Assembly: GCA_963786955.1 (NCBI GenBank)
Contig: CAWBAT010000004.1
Span: forward strand, 352,001 to 416,000
Source: an uncultured Acidimicrobiia bacterium
GTDB taxonomy: Bacteria; Acidobacteriota; Terriglobia; Versatilivoradales; Versatilivoraceae
Reading direction: 5' to 3'
Length of the DNA stretch: 64,000 nucleotides
In this document: piece after piece, positions 62,964-64,000 of the stretch
Layout of the letters: the number at the start of each line of letters is the position of its first letter
Numbering within the stretch: position 1 is the stretch's first letter
Program-made: the position numbers and the translations under genes
The notes under the pieces: model-generated
What the model saw: only the letters and a program-made list of their open reading frames with translations
Told to the model about the DNA's origin: nothing
The model's database searches: none

Positions 62964-64000
62964 CTATTCAATAAACGTCACTTTGTTAATTTCCCGCATG
63001 GTCGAGATTCCCGCAAAAACTTTTTCCAAAGCAGATTCGCGCAAAAAGGTCATTCCTTCATCATGGGCCACACGCTTAATCTCGGAAGCTGGCCTGCGCT
63101 CAAGAATCATTTCCCGAATTCGATCCGAAAGATCCAGCAACTCGTGAATGGCTGTTCGCCCGCGAAAACCGGTCCCACTACAATCCAGACAGCCTGCCCC
63201 TTCGTAGAAGGTATAGTCAGAATAGACCTTGGGGTCCAAGCCTGATTCCTCCAAAATTTGCTGGGGTATTTTGGTGGGGTGTTTGCAATTCTCACAAATC
63301 ACTCGCACCAGACGCTGTGCCAGGATGCAGTTCAGTGCGGACACGAAGTTGTAAGGCTCCACACCCATGTTCAAAAATCGACCGAGCACATCCACGACAT
63401 TATTGGCATGCACCGTCGTAAAGACCAGGTGCCCTGTAAGTGCCGACTGAATTGCGATTTGCGCCGTTTCCGCATCTCGAATTTCACCCACCATGACCTT
63501 ATCCGGATCATGACGAAGAATGGATCTGAGCCCTCGGGCAAAGGTAAGTCCCTTCTTTTCGTTTACAGGAATCTGGGTGATCCCTTTGAGCTGATATTCA
63601 ACGGGGTCCTCGATCGTAATGATCTTGTGTTCAGAGCTTTTAATTTCCGAGACCGCAGCGTAGAGAGTCGTTGTTTTCCCGCTTCCGGTGGGTCCGGTCA
63701 CCAACACCATCCCGTAGGGTTCATTAATGTAGCGACGAAATTTCTTCAAGTCGGAGTCCGAGAACCCCACCACATCCAAACTGAGTTGACTAAATTTTTC
63801 ACTCATGGCTTCCTTATCCAGGACTCGGAGAACGGCGTCCTCCCCATGAATGGAAGGCATGATGGAAACACGAAAGTCGATCAGTCGCCCTTTATAACGT
63901 ACCCGGAAACGGCCGTCTTGAGGCACGCGGCGTTCGGAGATATCGAGTTCTGACATAACCTTAATCCGCGAGATGATCGTCGAGTGATGCTCCTTGGCAA
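62964..64000 (-). CDS. GspE/PilB ATPase (partial, runs off window)
   Basis: PQDGR, GPTGSGKT, IEDPVEY, GEIRD, CxxC pairs. Confidence 0.92.
   Translation of the reverse strand, partial: AKEHHSTIISRIKVMSELDISERRVPQDGRFRVRYKGRLIDFRVSIMPSIHGEDAVLRVLDKEAMSEKFSQLSLDVVGFSDSDLKKFRRYINEPYGMVLVTGPTGSGKTTTLYAAVSEIKSSEHKIITIEDPVEYQLKGITQIPVNEKKGLTFARGLRSILRHDPDKVMVGEIRDAETAQIAIQSALTGHLVFTTVHANNVVDVLGRFLNMGVEPYNFVSALNCILAQRLVRVICENCKHPTKIPQQILEESGLDPKVYSDYTFYEGAGCLDCSGTGFRGRTAIHELLDLSDRIREMILERRPASEIKRVAHDEGMTFLRESALEKVFAGISTMREINKVTFIE

Noticed and set aside
58991-64000. pil/gsp cluster as a novel system
   Set aside because: Ordinary PilB-M-N-O-P-like organisation

Overview
Bacterial chromosomal window. 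The PSCyt/DUF1501 pair, the T4P/T2SS-like pil cluster and the GTAG palindromes suggest an Acidobacteriota-like organism, but that is inference only. The left ~40 kb is largely accessory. It holds a putative aminolipid operon (OlsB-like GNAT, acyltransferase, DinB, NRDE/TANGO2, DedA-ATP-grasp fusion) and an aquaporin-GMC-VOC-GH63-YHS-glucose dehydrogenase cluster. It also holds a repeat-bracketed sigma54-controlled redox module, a DUF3604-PPIase-3xHupE/UreJ cluster interrupted by a four-helix-bundle (Avd/IVS-like) gene flanked by degenerate heptamer hairpins, a ferric reductase-Rieske fusion locus, sodC, and a decayed islet at tRNA-Pro(TGG). The right ~24 kb is mostly core: rdgB, rph, GerMN, amidase, tmRNA (with a possible integrase-less islet), slt, aminotransferase, IlvD/Edd dehydratase, glgC and pilB/M/N/O-like genes. 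Five otherwise intact genes carry single-base frameshifts, which may be assembly errors. The best candidates for an undescribed system are the heptamer-hairpin/four-helix-bundle element (29.2-31.0 kb) and the aminolipid/ATP-grasp-DedA operon (0.7-5.3 kb). All family assignments come from motif recognition by eye; no searches were run.
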